A DNA stretch of 63,064 nucleotides, the filler included, from Olpidium bornovanus S191 (lineage: Eukaryota; Fungi; Olpidiomycota), in assembly GCA_017911155.1 (NCBI GenBank). It is 26 parts of 26 records of this genome, joined end to end, with 100 filler letters (N's around TTAATTAATTAA, not from the genome) between each part and the next. Parts side by side here need not be neighbours in the genome. Positions count along the whole stretch, not along the records: positions 47,337 to 50,152 come from JAEFCI010000702.1; positions 50,253 to 52,243 come from JAEFCI010003573.1; positions 52,344 to 54,286 come from JAEFCI010010552.1; positions 54,387 to 55,894 come from JAEFCI010000075.1; positions 55,995 to 57,243 come from JAEFCI010006853.1; positions 57,344 to 58,486 come from JAEFCI010005419.1; positions 58,587 to 61,128 come from JAEFCI010001451.1; 19 more parts are not named here. One strand, written 5' to 3'. Shown here one piece after another: positions 47,237 through 61,128 of this stretch. The position numbers were made by a program, and so were the translations under genes. Position 1 is the stretch's first letter. The number at the start of each line of letters is the position of its first letter. The notes beneath the pieces are model-generated. The model did no database searches. It had not been told where the DNA came from and worked only from the letters and a program-made list of their open reading frames with translations.

Positions 47237-47336
47237 NNNNNNNNNNNNNNNNNNNNNNNNNNNNNNNNNNNNNNNNNNNNTTAATTAATTAANNNNNNNN
47301 NNNNNNNNNNNNNNNNNNNNNNNNNNNNNNNNNNNN

Positions 47337-48819
47337 GACCGTGCAGCGCGACCACCCGCTGCAGACCGCCTTTGTCGCGACGGTCGTGACCGAAGATCCC
47401 GCACGGAAACCGTCGGAATCTGACCGCGCAGTCGTGAAGCTCATCCTCGACAAACTCCGGCCGTTCACTGGCCGTAACCACACCCCCCACCACGTGCGCA
47501 ACTTCCTGTCGCAGTTCGAGCAGTACGCCGACTACGCACGCCTAGAACCCTCAGCCAGGGTCGTAGCGGTCGGCGCAATGCTCGCGGACGAAGCAGCCGC
47601 GTGGTACCAAAGCCTGGCGGGCTCAGTATCGAGCTTTACTGAGTTCCGCCGCCTCTTCCTCCACCATTGGGGAGACCCCCTCAAGGAAGAAAACGCGCGG
47701 AGGCAACTGGCCAGCCTCCAGCAGACTGCCTCGGCATGCCAATACACGGAAGAATTCCGATGTTTGGCGTTTTTCCTCCCCAACCTTATCGAAGCCGACA
47801 AGTACTTCGCATACAAGCAGGGCTTGTCAGACGGTCTCCAATGAGACCTCCGCATCATGCGAGTTGCTTCCCTGGAGGAGGCCATATCTGTCACGGAGGA
47901 GCTCGACGAGATCGATCGCCAACGACGTTGAGGACCCGGGCGCTTGCAGGGCCATCCGCAGAGCAGACAGGCTCGCCGCCCAGGACTCCCCGACAACGGA
48001 CCTGTGCCCATGGACCTCGGCGCAGTCGCGACAACTCGCGAGCCGACACCCGACATGGGCAATTACAACAACTTTCTCATCTTCTTGCCTCTGACGGAAC
48101 CGCTGCGCGAGTTCCTCCGGGCGTGGAACGCCTGTATGTACTGCAGGCGTTAAAGAGGCTGACCATCAAGCGTCGGCCTGTCCGATGAAGAGAAAAATCC
48201 GGAAGTCAAAAAACTAGAGGCGGAGACGGGACTCTTGACACCGCAGGCGGCGCTGACCCCGTCACCTGAACCTCCGGCAAAAGCCGCGACCGACTTTCGG
48301 AACACTGACCAACCTCTTGCCAAAATGACCGACTCGCGCCCCGAGGCACGCGAGCCCGGAACAATTGCCGTGAGCTCGACCGCTCTCGGCACCGAGCCCT
48401 CGACGGGGAGCCTCCTGCTGGAGGAGGGGCTCCTCGAGAACCGATCTGTCAAAATCCTTATCAACAGCGGCTGTTCCGGGAAACCTCATGAACTCCCGAG
48501 TGGCCGCGGGACTTTGACAGAAAAACTCGCAAACTCGCCTTTATTTTGTGGACGGCCGTTCCAGCGGCCCGACCAGCACTACGATTGCGACGGTCTCCTT
48601 TCTCGAGGAACGGAAAGTGCCGTGGGCATTCAACTCGGACTTTGTCATCACCGACGAAGTCAAATATGACCTGATTCTCGGAACCCCTTGGCTCCGAGAA
48701 TATGACCGAAAAGTTTCCTGGCAGAAGCTCCCTTTTTGCCTCGGGGGCAGAACCTTTGGGAGCCCGACAGGCTCCCCGACCGACTCGCGGACGACCACCG
48801 CGAAATTAACTCGTTCTGG
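47337..48819 (+). mobile_element. Decayed Ty3/gypsy gag-protease
   Basis: FTG...NFLSQFE...AAAWY...FRRLFLHHW...LASLQQT..YTEEFR; GPVPMDLG; disrupted knuckle CMYC/KEADH/QASAC; LINSGCSG; DLILGTPWL; in-frame stops. Confidence 0.92.
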
Positions 48820-49319
48820 TGTCAGAGGGCAATGTGCCCTCCCTCAGCTGCCCCCCCCCCCCCCCCCGTTTTGCACCCCCCATATAATAGCCCAACTCGC
48901 GCATAATCCGCACCACCACCACCGACTTAGGACCTAATAATAACAAAATAAACAAAGACATACCGCTCGTGCGCGTTTACCCGGAGGACGGCTCGCGACT
49001 GCGACTCCCAGGGCGGAGGGCGGCATCCTTGGGTCCGGTAAGGGTAGGAACGCGAGAGGCGGTGTGAGCTGAATTCTCTTTAGAGGTTTCCCTTCTGAGG
49101 TCCCTTCGAACCCTCCTCGGTGTGCGCATAAACGGCGACCGGAGAGGCCAGCCGACACCGCCGGACGCCTTGCAGCAAGAGCCCCCGCTGTCCCTGTTTT
49201 CTCCCTCCTTTTTCTCGAGGTCGGGCCCTTCTGGGCCAACTGGTGGGAGACGCGCTGCGTAGCGAAGGTTAGACGTAGAGGTAGTGCTGCCTATCGTCAA
49301 GGCACCCGTTGTCTTGACA
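48820..49319. mobile_element. Possible 500-bp LTR truncating the gypsy element
   Basis: TGTCA...TGACA termini, with the left end near where gypsy homology stops. No TSD or clear PBS/PPT. Confidence 0.3.
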
Positions 49320-49629
49320 CCACACCTTAAACGCTTTTCCTCAATGAGCCCGTGGAAGTGCTCTTAGACGGATTGGCCGGTGATAACTGACGCGCTTACC
49401 GTAGCGCCCATATCGCCCGTACCGACCTTATACCAATGCGCTTTCGATAGCGCTTGTAACGACTTCGTTTCGACGTGCCCAACGAACCGCCCGCCCCGGT
49501 GGGCTGGACGGGGCACATCGAAGCGCCCGCCTCGGTGGGCTGGACGGCTTCCCCGGGGGGTATAGAAACCCCTCCGGGGAGTGCACCCACAGGCGAATTC
49601 GCGCTTCGCCCTCACCCGAACAAACAACA

Positions 49630-50152
49630 CAACAAACAAAACGCTTTCCGCCTCCATCCGGGCGCCCTGCCATCCCCGCCGCCCGCATCCGCTCACCGCG
49701 CGGCTTCCACCGCCTTGGGCCGCCTGCCGCGCCGTCCGCGCCGCCTGCATCCACCCGCCGCGCCGTCTGGCCGCCTGCATCCGCCCGCCGCGCCGTCTGC
49801 GCCGCCTGCATCCGCCTGCCGCGCCGTCTGCGCCGCCCGCATCCGCCCACCGCGCAGCTTCCACCGCCTTGTGCCGCCTGCCGCGCCGTCCGCGCCGTCC
49901 GCGCCGCCTGCATCCACCCGCCGCGCCTTCTGCGCCGCCTGCATCCGCTCGCCGCGCCGCGTCCGCCGCCTCCGGCCGCCTCCGCGCCATCTTCACCGCC
50001 TCCGGCCACCTCTGCGCCGCCTGCATCCGCTCACCGCGCCGTCTCCACCGCTTCCTGCCGCCCGCCGCGCCATCTCCGCCGCCCTCGGCCACCTGCCGCG
50101 CCGCCTACGCCGCTTCCTGCCGCCCGCCGCGCCATCTCCGCCGCCACCGGCC
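49630..50152. repeat. GC-rich minisatellite (GCCGCCTGCATCCG / CCGCGCCGTCT units)
   Basis: Many imperfect tandem copies; related to 31060-31270. Confidence 0.85.
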
Positions 50153-50252
50153 NNNNNNNNNNNNNNNNNNNNNNNNNNNNNNNNNNNNNNNNNNNNTTAA
50201 TTAATTAANNNNNNNNNNNNNNNNNNNNNNNNNNNNNNNNNNNNNNNNNNNN

Positions 50253-50688
50253 CATGCATCATCGAAACTCCCAGGACATCCAAGATGGTATCGATTCGCT
50301 CAGGAAAGACTCCAAGGCGTCGACTGGCCGCCTGGCCGTCGTACAGAGGAGGGTGGAGGAGATGAAGGAAACTGTCGATGCAGGGAGGTATCGGGTACGT
50401 GGGCCGGTTTTAGTCGCGTTTGTCGTTCGGATCCAATTCTGAAATGTGGATCTTTTCCCTCCGGCATCAGCTTGACGTTCTCAAGCAGGCTCTTGATTCC
50501 GCGCAGAAGGCGGCCTGGCACCTGACGCTGCTGTCTTCACGGAACGTGACGTTTGCCGGTACGCGCGGTCGTTGACGCTCAAGAACGTAATGGAGCCGGG
50601 TTCTGAATTTTCCTTTGCCCTCGCCGACTGGTTATTCCCAGCTGTTGCGGTCGTGCTACTCGCCATTTTGTACGGCTGTTTATCTTAA
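50253..50688 (+). CDS. Exon fragments of an unidentified coiled-coil protein, possibly with a C-terminal TM segment
   Basis: DIQDGIDSLRKDSK...RRVEEMKETV ends at a GT donor; LDVLKQALDSAQK; hydrophobic AVAVVLLAILYG. The frame model is uncertain. Confidence 0.3.
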
Positions 50689-51859
50689 CGATTGGAGGCT
50701 ATCGTCGTGTAGGTTGCGTTTTAACAGGGAGCAGAAATGAACATATTGAATGGCCACGGCAACATAGCCGCGAATCCAACCCTCGGTGGCGAGGGGGCGT
50801 TCACGGCGCCGATGAGGCCCGTGTGTGCAGTTGGAGGAGATTTCGCATCTCGTGTTAAGGCGGGCGCTTGTGCCCTCCCAGCTACGTTTCTTCCAGTATA
50901 CTGCCACCTTTCATTTGGTTATCCATCGGATAAATCTTAGCGGCTGACGTGTTGCGGGCGCAACCTCCCTCTCCCCCCACCGCCACTTTCCGTACTCCTC
51001 CCTTTCCCCCACATCCCGCCCCCGCTCCCCCCTTCCCCCCCCTCACCATCCCTGCCTCGTTGTTAACGTTTTTGTTCGGAGCTTCCTGTGTGGCGCGCGA
51101 GGAAGTCGTGCCTTTTCAACCCGTCGGGACTCACCCGTTCGTGCCGAAGTACCGAATATTTCTCCATGAACCGCAGTGGCGCGGCAAAACGAAGACATGC
51201 CCACGACAGCTTTTCGCTGAACCTCGTCCTGATCCGCAAGGTCGCAAACGATACGGAAAAGCAAGGAACACGAAAAAGAAAACTTATCACCCAAAGTCTC
51301 CCAAGCCGGACGTGATGTGCTTATTCTCGTCGATGCCCTCGTCGTCGATCGCGCAGGTGGACGAATTTTCACGTCCGGGAACCGTTTCAGGACGGCAGTT
51401 TGCGCTCTCCGTGGTGCAGAGAGATGACAAACAAGAAGCTACGTTTTCCTCCCACACGCGCTTTCTAGCGAGCTCCTCGATGGCCTTGGCGGCAGATCCG
51501 ACGGTGGGCGGTTCGATTGCGGAAGGAGCCGGTGTGTGTGTGTGTGTTGTGGGGGAGGGGGGGGGGCGGGGGGGGGGGGGAGGAACTTTGTCTTTTTGGC
51601 AATTTATATCACACTATGATTATATTGTTAATATTACTATATATTTCCCGCTTTCTTCCCGATTTGCGCTCTTGGAGCCGGCGTAGGGAAAGGCAGCCAA
51701 CTGAGCATGGAACGTAAGCCTCATTGCGACGAAGGAGAAAGCCGGCCGCGGCCGACCGACTTGTTTCCTGTCGCGCTTTTGGGGAACTTGCCTCCAACAC
51801 GCAAAACGGGACGCCCAACAAAGGCAAAGTCCCCCGCGCGCCGTTCAGCTGGTCCGCGA

Positions 51860-52223
51860 AGAGACGACGGAGATTGGCAATGGATGTCTGGCATAGTGCA
51901 GTTCTGCAAATACCGAGAATCGCCCGGCAATCCGTCTTAACAATGAGCGGTACACCTAAGACTGACTGCTGTTCCTCAAGCAAAGCGGTCTTAACCGCGA
52001 ACATCTCGTGCTTTGTCTGCCCATACTCTAGTTGCGCCGGGCCAAAAGCTCTCGCTCCGAATTTTGCCAGCTGACGAGGAGCCTCCCTATCAAGACTCCC
52101 TTGGCTCAAGACCAACACGGCCGTGAATAGACTGGCATCCACCGTGAGGAAAATCTGTGGCACCCCCTGTCCGTAGCAAAGGGGTCGTAGAACGGGCGCG
52201 ACCTCAAGCGCAGCACAAAGGCC
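51860..52223 (-). mobile_element. Ty3/gypsy RNase H remnant
   Basis: APVLRPL...TVDAS...VLSQ...FGARAF..AQLEYGQTKHEMFAV...LGVPLIVKTDCRAILG. Confidence 0.87.
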
Positions 52224-52351
52224 TTTCATCGCTGCTGCGCATGNNNNNNNNNNNNNNNNNNNNNNNNNNNNNNNNNNNNNNNNNNNNTTAATTAATTAAN
52301 NNNNNNNNNNNNNNNNNNNNNNNNNNNNNNNNNNNNNNNNNNNGGGAGAAA

Positions 52352-52404
<53 letters not shown>

Positions 52405-52405
52405 G

Positions 52406-52445
<40 letters not shown>

Positions 52446-52538
52446 GGCTGACCGCTCTCGGTTTCCGCCGTTCCTCCTCCCGTTTCTTGGGCCAACGCCC
52501 CTGTTTGGAATCCGATCCGCTGGCACGCCCCGGAAAAG

Positions 52539-53362
52539 CGACCGAGATCATCCCTTCGGACATGCAACGCTTCGCCAACGACCGCGCGCTCACGCGGTGC
52601 GGCCTCGACACGTCCGTGTACGCCCGAGGAATCGAGTTTTCTGAACCCTACGTCTCGGGCTTCCACCTCCGGGGGCGGAGAGCCTACCTGTGTCTGGCCT
52701 GGCTGGCGCGGCTGGCGTCGGCGTGGTATTTCTACGACAGGGAGTTCGTGATCGCTTCCGTTTGGCAGAGCAGGCCGGGCGACGCGGACTACGGGTGGCC
52801 GGGATTGTCGGGGGCGGGCGGAAGAGGCGGCGGGGCGGGCGAGGCGAACGCGGCGAACGCGACGGGGGCGGCGGCCGCATACGGAGCTCCCGCGGCCCCG
52901 GGGAAGGGCGGTCTTGCCGCCGCCGCGGCCGCCGCCGACGACGGCCGCGCGCCGGAAGACCCGCCCTCCGCTTCGGACGCGTTTTCGCTCCCGGCCGTCC
53001 CGAGGTCGCCGTCGCCGCCGCCGCCGCCGCGGCCACCCGCTTCGTCCGCAGCGGCGGCGGCGGCGGCGCCCCGCGGCCTGCACCTCAAGGTTCGGTGGAC
53101 CTTTACAGGGACGCCCCGCGCGACCGCCCTCCTCGACTGGACGCCGGGAGCGCCCCCGGCGCAGTCGGTGTACACGGGCATCTTCGTCTACGGATTCGAC
53201 TCCCGCGGCCTGGTCAACCTCCACCGCGTTCAGCGCATAAACCCGGCGCCGCGGAACCCCGTCGGCAGGCTCAACCGCTGGGCGCTGCTGCTCGGCGGGA
53301 AGTTCAGGCCTGTCGAGGTGGCGATGACGCACGGCCACCCGACGGAGGACGTCCGTGGATAG
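52539..53362 (+). CDS. DUF2358 / C6orf136-like (NTF2/SnoaL-fold) protein, 5'-partial
   Basis: DTSVYARGIEFSEP...HLRGRRAYL, LKVRWTFTG, YTGIFVYGFDSRGLVNLHRVQRINPAP. Confidence 0.68.
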
Positions 53363-54119
53363 AACCCGCGAGAAAAAAAAAACGAAATAAAAACATATAA
53401 AAAAACGGAAACGAGGCCGGATCGCCCGTTTTGAGCCGATGAGATGATATCCGGGAATTGGATACAGCTTGAGAATGCGGGGCGCTAGCGCGGGGGGAGG
53501 GAGAGGGGGGGTTGGGATTGACAGAGGTGTTTTCAGCGTCGTCCTTTTTTTTTTTTTTTTTTTTTGGTTTTTTGTTTTTCAGAGCCGTACCAAGCGGTCC
53601 CGCCCAAAAGCTGCCACACCGCCGAAGCGACCGTACTTCACAAATAAAAGGGTCACGGGGGAAAAAGAGAGTTGGGGGCCCCGGAGGAAAAAGCGTTTTT
53701 TGTTTTGCTTCTTATTTACCGCCACCAGGGCGGACAGGGAAAGGGGGGTACTGGAAGGGGGCGGGGGAGGGGGGTGTTGTTTCTGCCGGGTGGAAGGTTT
53801 GCGCACCATGGGGGGTTTTTAATGGACATCGCACAATTATCAAGTGAGATATTCTCAGACTGCGCGATTTTTGGCGTGGGCCGGAGCCCGTGCTACGCGC
53901 AGACGCCGGTGTAGCCAACCTGGACACCAGAACCTCGTCGCTCATTAACGGCTTTTACGGTTTCGCGTTTTCTAGATGCTGACGCGCGCCGGTGTTCATA
54001 TCTCCTGCGCCTAGCCCACACTATCGACGCCCCTTGCGTATTCGGGGGGACAGGATTCCTTTTCACGGCGTGTACTTCAAAAATTGATGGCGACTCCCGT
54101 TCTTTTTCTTCTTTTTTTT

Positions 54120-54160
<41 letters not shown>

Positions 54161-55994
54161 TAATCGTTTTTTTTCAATTTTCAATTTTCACATTTTTTGT
54201 TTTTTGTTTTTTTTTTTTTTTTTGGGCGGTCCCCGCGCCCTTCACCGACCCTTCGAACACCCCGCTTTTTTTTTTAAGAAAAACAANNNNNNNNNNNNNN
54301 NNNNNNNNNNNNNNNNNNNNNNNNNNNNNNTTAATTAATTAANNNNNNNNNNNNNNNNNNNNNNNNNNNNNNNNNNNNNNNNNNNNCATGCCGCACGCAC
54401 CTGGACATCAATACCTTGCCATTTGCGCAAATGGCGCGGCTCGTCCGAATGGCGTGTTCGTCGGAAAGTCGCATCAGGCCATCGTCCAAGCTCTGATGCC
54501 CGTGTGGTTCAGCGCGATTTGGAGGGTTAGACGTTAAATAGGAGATGGGCTTTCGAAGCAGCTGGAGAAGCCGCGACCTCAGCTATCCGTCCCTTGCGAG
54601 GACGTTGTGAATTTCTTGCCGGCAACGGACACAGAAATGGAAACAGACACGGGCCGTTATGAGTTTCTCGCGCGCACGCGTCAGAGAAATCCCACCCGTC
54701 GTCCCGTTCCCGTTATGGATAGGGGGAACGGTCATAATCTCATATCGGCTAAATGAAGTTTTAAAGAAAAAAAAAACGACGCAAAAACAAAGAGAAAGGC
54801 AAAAAAAAGGCGGCTTGAGGGGTGTGAGACAAACACGGACATATAAGGGCGCCAGCAAAAGAAAAGAAAAATAAAGTATTTGAGAAAAAAGAGGCTTGTC
54901 GAGACCATCCTCGCGGTCCAAGTTCGCCGCTTTGCACAACAGCGTTCACGACCCTCGGCAGTAAAGGTATTTGGTAGATCTTTTTTGAGACAGATTAAAT
55001 TATTTAATTTGATACACCACTAACTATGGATGAACTAGTACTACAAAATACGCCAGCGCCGGTCTGCCAAAGAGGGATGAAGCAATGCTGGATGCCCGAC
55101 AACCAATGCGCGAACGGTGCGCAATGCGACCCTGATATAATACGGAGAGCCTCAACTTTAAGAAAAAAAGTAACCAGTTGCCATTACAGGAAAAAGAACG
55201 TGAACATCATCGCGACGCACCGTGAAAACTCGCGGCGCTGCTCAAGGCAGGAGTGTCAAACTTAGCCGGGCTCTGCAGGGACAAACAGCGGCCCGTTGTC
55301 CGGGAAGCACTGCGTGAAGATGTTTGATGGGGATAGAAGGCGTCATTCCATCGATCAATTTGCCTAATGTTTCGTTCGCCTCCTCCCGTAGTAGGAGCGG
55401 GGGCTGGCTCTGTGAACATCACGGAAAACACCCGAATGAAACAAAAGACTTCGCAAGGGTACGATCCGTCACGTGACGGGAACAACGCCCCCTCCTCCAC
55501 TCCCCCCCCCCTCCCCCGAACCCGAGCCGCACTGAATCAATACGAACGACACACGCGGAGAAGCCGGAGACAACTGAAAAAGACGCTGTTCTGGCAGACG
55601 TCGATTATGGCGACCGGGATTTGACGGTCGCAGTCGATGTGGGAGGAGTCAACTGCCGCAGAATTGTTACCCCTCTGAACTGAAGTCTACGACGCAAGAG
55701 GGAACAAATCATCATTCAGTGGACAAGTTTTCCAGATGTTGTTATGGCCTGCTCGTTCCGCTGCAATCGGCGCCATGGTTTATGATTTTGATGGCGCGCA
55801 ACGTCGTCGGATCTGCCAGATGATAACGAAGTTTATGCACCGAGGTCTCCTCAAAGCGACCGAATTGCTGTCTTTCCGGAGTTTTCTGCGTGGGNNNNNN
55901 NNNNNNNNNNNNNNNNNNNNNNNNNNNNNNNNNNNNNNTTAATTAATTAANNNNNNNNNNNNNNNNNNNNNNNNNNNNNNNNNNNNNNNNNNNN

Positions 55995-57243
55995 CATGGC
56001 TTCCGAAGATTGCGCTGCCAAGTCGCCGGCGGCCTCGAAATCGTTCACTTTTGCGAAGGCGAACAGACCGCCCGCACTGTGTCCTGCGCCGCATTTGTCC
56101 GTCGAATGTTTAGCAGTCTTCAACTCAAATTTTTCGGCGCCCGACGTTTTGTGCGATCCCCGGAACTCGCTGATACCGTTGCTGGCCACTGCCTTCCGCG
56201 AAGAAAATAACCGATCGCCGTGTTGGGCCAATCCGAAAACGTCGAAAGTGGACTTATCCGCTGGAGAAATCAGGCGCGAAAACGCTACAGCAGCGGTACG
56301 CCGAACCTCTCCCGAGGCTTCCGAAGCTGCCGAGATGGAACGGTGTTCCGCGGACGCCGAGGAGTCGCTGCTCCAACCTTTCAAAAACCGTTGGATGACG
56401 CCCTCCGCTGTCGACAAATAACGCTGTCAACGCTTGCTTCGTTGCAAAACGTAAAACGGGCGCACTTTTTGATCATACCTTCATCGATGACTGGATCGCG
56501 AGCTTTCACAACGAATGGATTGCCTTCTATCTCCTCGTCCTCTCTGTGCATAAACGGGTGCAGACCCATCACCGTCCTATCTAAAAAACCCGTGTCAACG
56601 CCCTCCGGAAGGCGTTTTTTGGGCGCTTTTTCCGGGGTTCGATCCTGGGAGATTCCGCGTTTTCTAGGAATTTCTGGGCGTTTAAAAGGCGACTCGGGTG
56701 TCTTGCGGCGGCCTTTGTTTTCTGCGCGCTCGCCAGCGCCAACGGGACCAACGCTGACTGTCTTTTGATGGGAGGCGGCCGCTACGGCACCAGATTGCGA
56801 CGGGAGTTCAACGCGTCGTCGCGGCGCCTGCGCGGATACATCCACGCTGGGAAATAATTTCTCGGCAGCTATCTTGCGCGGCATTGGCCGAAAACTGGGT
56901 TTTCCGAAACTAGAAGGACTCTCCAGCAGATCATTGGTAGAAATCTCGTTGACCTTCAATCCGCTCCCTGACGCCGTGTCTGGCAGGCCCGAAGTTGGCG
57001 ACGGCGCGGGATCGATACGGTGCCGCTTGCCGTTGAGCGCCGTCTTCATTCCTGTTCTAAAGTGAAGTTGCGCAGAGTTTCTCCCGTCGGACGTCGGAGA
57101 GGCGGAAAGGCGTGCTGGCGCCTTGGACGCGGTTTCAGTTGGAAAATTCGATAAATCGCGGAAAGGAAGACGTGTGGTCGACAACTTCGGAAAACCTTCC
57201 CCGTTAGAAACGGCAACACGGCGTTTTGTTGGCGTGTCCCATG
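55995..57243 (-). CDS. Hypothetical Ser/Pro/Lys-rich disordered protein, truncated at both ends
   Basis: Two long open segments (about 57243-56478 and 56417-55995) probably joined by a short intron. No recognised domain. Confidence 0.5.
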
Positions 57244-58587
57244 NNNNNNNNNNNNNNNNNNNNNNNNNNNNNNNNNNNNNNNNNNNNTTAATTAATTAAN
57301 NNNNNNNNNNNNNNNNNNNNNNNNNNNNNNNNNNNNNNNNNNNCATGATTTTTATACTGAATTGGCGTTATGAGAAGGTGATCTTATTCGAAAACCGCGG
57401 AAACCGGCAAGTTGTCAGCGATTTCGAGACAAGAAATTAGACCGCCACCCACTCCCGACGCGCAGCGAGTCGTGGTTTGGTTGCCGCCGTTATCGTGAAC
57501 TCACCCGCTTTCGTATTTTTGAGCTCACGAACGCGCCGTTGAGATACCGGAGTCCGAAATAGTCCTGGCATTTAACCATTATATTTGCAGAGGCTGGAGT
57601 TTCCCGTTGACAAAAAAGAACCAAAAAAGCTCCAGCTCTTTTCCGTCGACGGGAAACGCCGCCGACACGCAACGGAGAACTTCTTTTAGTTTTTAATTCT
57701 CTTTAATTTTTTTTTTTGCGAAGTCGCGCGTTACCCTGCACGTACAGCGACGCCGATTCCGTCTGTGTTTGTTGTTGTTGTTTCCGGCACATTTTTTTGG
57801 TTTTCTGCGTCGCTTACTTCGGGCCGTTTTCGGCGCACGTCCATTGGGCACGGCGCACGGAACTTCCCCTGGACGACGTGCAGCTGGCACAAGGACGAGA
57901 ATACGACGGGGAAATTGATTTTCCACAATCACGAGTGCGGTTCGACAAATCTGAAATGACGTGCGGCGCACTAAGGAGGTGGCTTTGTTGCCCTGACCAC
58001 CGCGAGCGGGCGAAGGTCGTCTCAGGGCGTGACGGGAAGGTCCAGTGGGGGAGGGTTGCCGTGAACGCGGGGTTGGCGCACTCGCCCCGGTTCCCGCAAT
58101 GGCGGATTAACTCGCCACCTCTACAAAACGCGCGGAAGGGTCGGTGCGTGTGTGTGCTGTCGGACTTTGACCCGGGATTTGACGCGACCGCAGACGCCCC
58201 GGGAGGCCGGAAAGCGCTGTCGAGACGGTGTGGTCGGAATGGTATAGACCGCATGTTTGCAAATGCAAATGCAAAATGCAAAACTTTCTCGGCGCTTGTC
58301 CGACGGCATTGGCTTTTAGGTGCGAATGGGGTCCCGATCGCATTACTACTCGTTTACCGCATCATTTTCGAATCCGCGACATTTTAAAAAGAGGTTGATT
58401 CTCTAAGAAAGAGAAACAGCGTACGCCGGCGGTCCGAATCTGCAGACCTCGGGAATTTGCAAAACCCGCGAATGTGATAATCATGCNNNNNNNNNNNNNN
58501 NNNNNNNNNNNNNNNNNNNNNNNNNNNNNNTTAATTAATTAANNNNNNNNNNNNNNNNNNNNNNNNNNNNNNNNNNNNNNNNNNNNC

Positions 58588-59700
<1,113 letters not shown>

Positions 59701-59808
59701 GGTTGAAAAGTTTCGCGGTTACGTTCTCTCCCGACAGTGGAAACCGGCGCACGAACCGCCTGTTCTGTTGTGAACCATGCGGGATGCGCTTGGGGGAGGG
59801 GGGGGGGG

Positions 59809-60041
59809 TGTTGGATTTGGAAGCCGCAGACCGAACCAGAAGCCGAAGAGGCAGGAGAGAATTGTATTTTCGTGTGTACAGGGTGTGGCGTCGCTATCTA
59901 CTCCAGGCTCATTTTATATGGCGGGCAGCTAGGAATTCTACAAAGGGGCAACAGAGGTAAACGAAGGAGGAGTGGGCGCAGGGGACTATTCCCCTTGTTT
60001 CAGGCTGTGTTTCAGCCCCTGTTTCAGGCTTCGTTTCAACA
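59809..60041 (-). mobile_element. 3' LTR ('LTR-B'), 233 bp, with PPT TGAGGCGGGG at 60042-60051
   Basis: TGTTG...CAACA termini, CCGCCATATAAAAT core, downstream of copia pol. Confidence 0.85.
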
Positions 60042-60142
60042 CCCCGCCTCACTGAGCACACTATTCACTATAACGCCCATGGTCACTCTAAATCTGCGAT
60101 TTTGTAACACCTGGCCTTTGACACCCTTGATGTCAGGCGGTT

Positions 60143-61128
60143 TCACGTGTGCTCGGTTTTGGTAGTTAAGCACGTTGTACGCCGTACGCCGATCATCTCG
60201 CGGAACTTTACGAACTTAACTTTCTCCAATGGTTTGGTAAACATATCCGCTGGGTTCTCGACGGAAGCTACGTGATAGACCTTGACGACGCCATTTGCTG
60301 CGCACCATCGGAGGTGGTGATACTTGATGTCTATATGCTTGCTTCTGCGCGTCGCCTTGGGGTCTCCAGCCAATTCCACTGCACCAGTATTGTCTATCAT
60401 GAGTGCGGTTGGTTCTGTTGTGGCCATGGGGTCGAGGTGATGCAGGACTCCACGTATCCATTGTGTTTCCTGCACGGCTGCAGAGCCGGCGACGAATTCG
60501 GCTTCGCAGAATGAGGTGGCGACGCATTTCTGTCGGGTGGATCTCCAAGATATCGCTCCGTGGTGGTAGAGAGTGACAATTCCCGTCGTTGATGCTCGCG
60601 TTTGGCGACATCCTGCCCAGTCGGCGTCACTGTAAGTTGCCAATTGCGCGGGCACTCCGTCGTTTGATGGCCCGCGGAAGTAAATTCCATGGTCGATTTT
60701 GCCACGGAGGTACCGCATTACGCGTTTGACGGCGCCCCAGTGTCGGTCGGTCGGTTTGGCCGTGAATCTCGCCAGGAAGGAAACGGGGAAGGCAATGTCG
60801 GGGCGAGTCATAGTTGACAACCACATCAGGGAGCCCACTACTTCAGCGTAGCGCTTGACGTCAGTTCCGTTGGCGTTCGCGTCTTCATCTTGCAGTGAAA
60901 GGCTCTCCACTGCATTGCCTTCCAGGGGCGTAAGTACTTGGTTGGCGTCCATCATCCCGAATTTTTCTAACAATTGTCGGGTGCAGTGCCCTTGGTCTAG
61001 TAGTCGTCCATGGTCGTCAAGGCTGGTTACCTTGATGCCGAGGATGAATGAGAGGTTGCCCCCTTCAGTCGTTTTGAACTTTTCCGCGAGATTGGCTTCG
61101 AAGTCCTTGATGAGGCGCTCATCGGGGC
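60143..61128 (-). mobile_element. Ty1/copia RT C-terminus and RNase H, largely intact frame
   Basis: YAEVVGSLMWL...TRPDIAF, HWGAVKRVMRYL, YSDADWAG, SFCEAEFVA, SKHIDIKYHHLR, ENPADMFTKPL. Confidence 0.96.

Noticed and set aside
47237-47336. Joining the 45644 element to the gypsy gag at 47337 as one element
   Set aside because: They are separated by an artificial spacer, so there is no evidence of adjacency.
51100-51230. HGEIFGTSARTG as a small-GTPase G5 motif
   Set aside because: No G1-G4 motifs nearby, and the next exon model ends in a stop.
54387-55894. Possible minus-strand multi-exon gene
   Set aside because: I could not build a phase-consistent model or recognise a family; also true for 10700-11160, 40524-41090 and 61229-63064.
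57500-57575. DYFGLRY (FERM-like) or GLFR (RhoGAP-like) motif
   Set aside because: Short matches only; flanking frames do not extend either domain.
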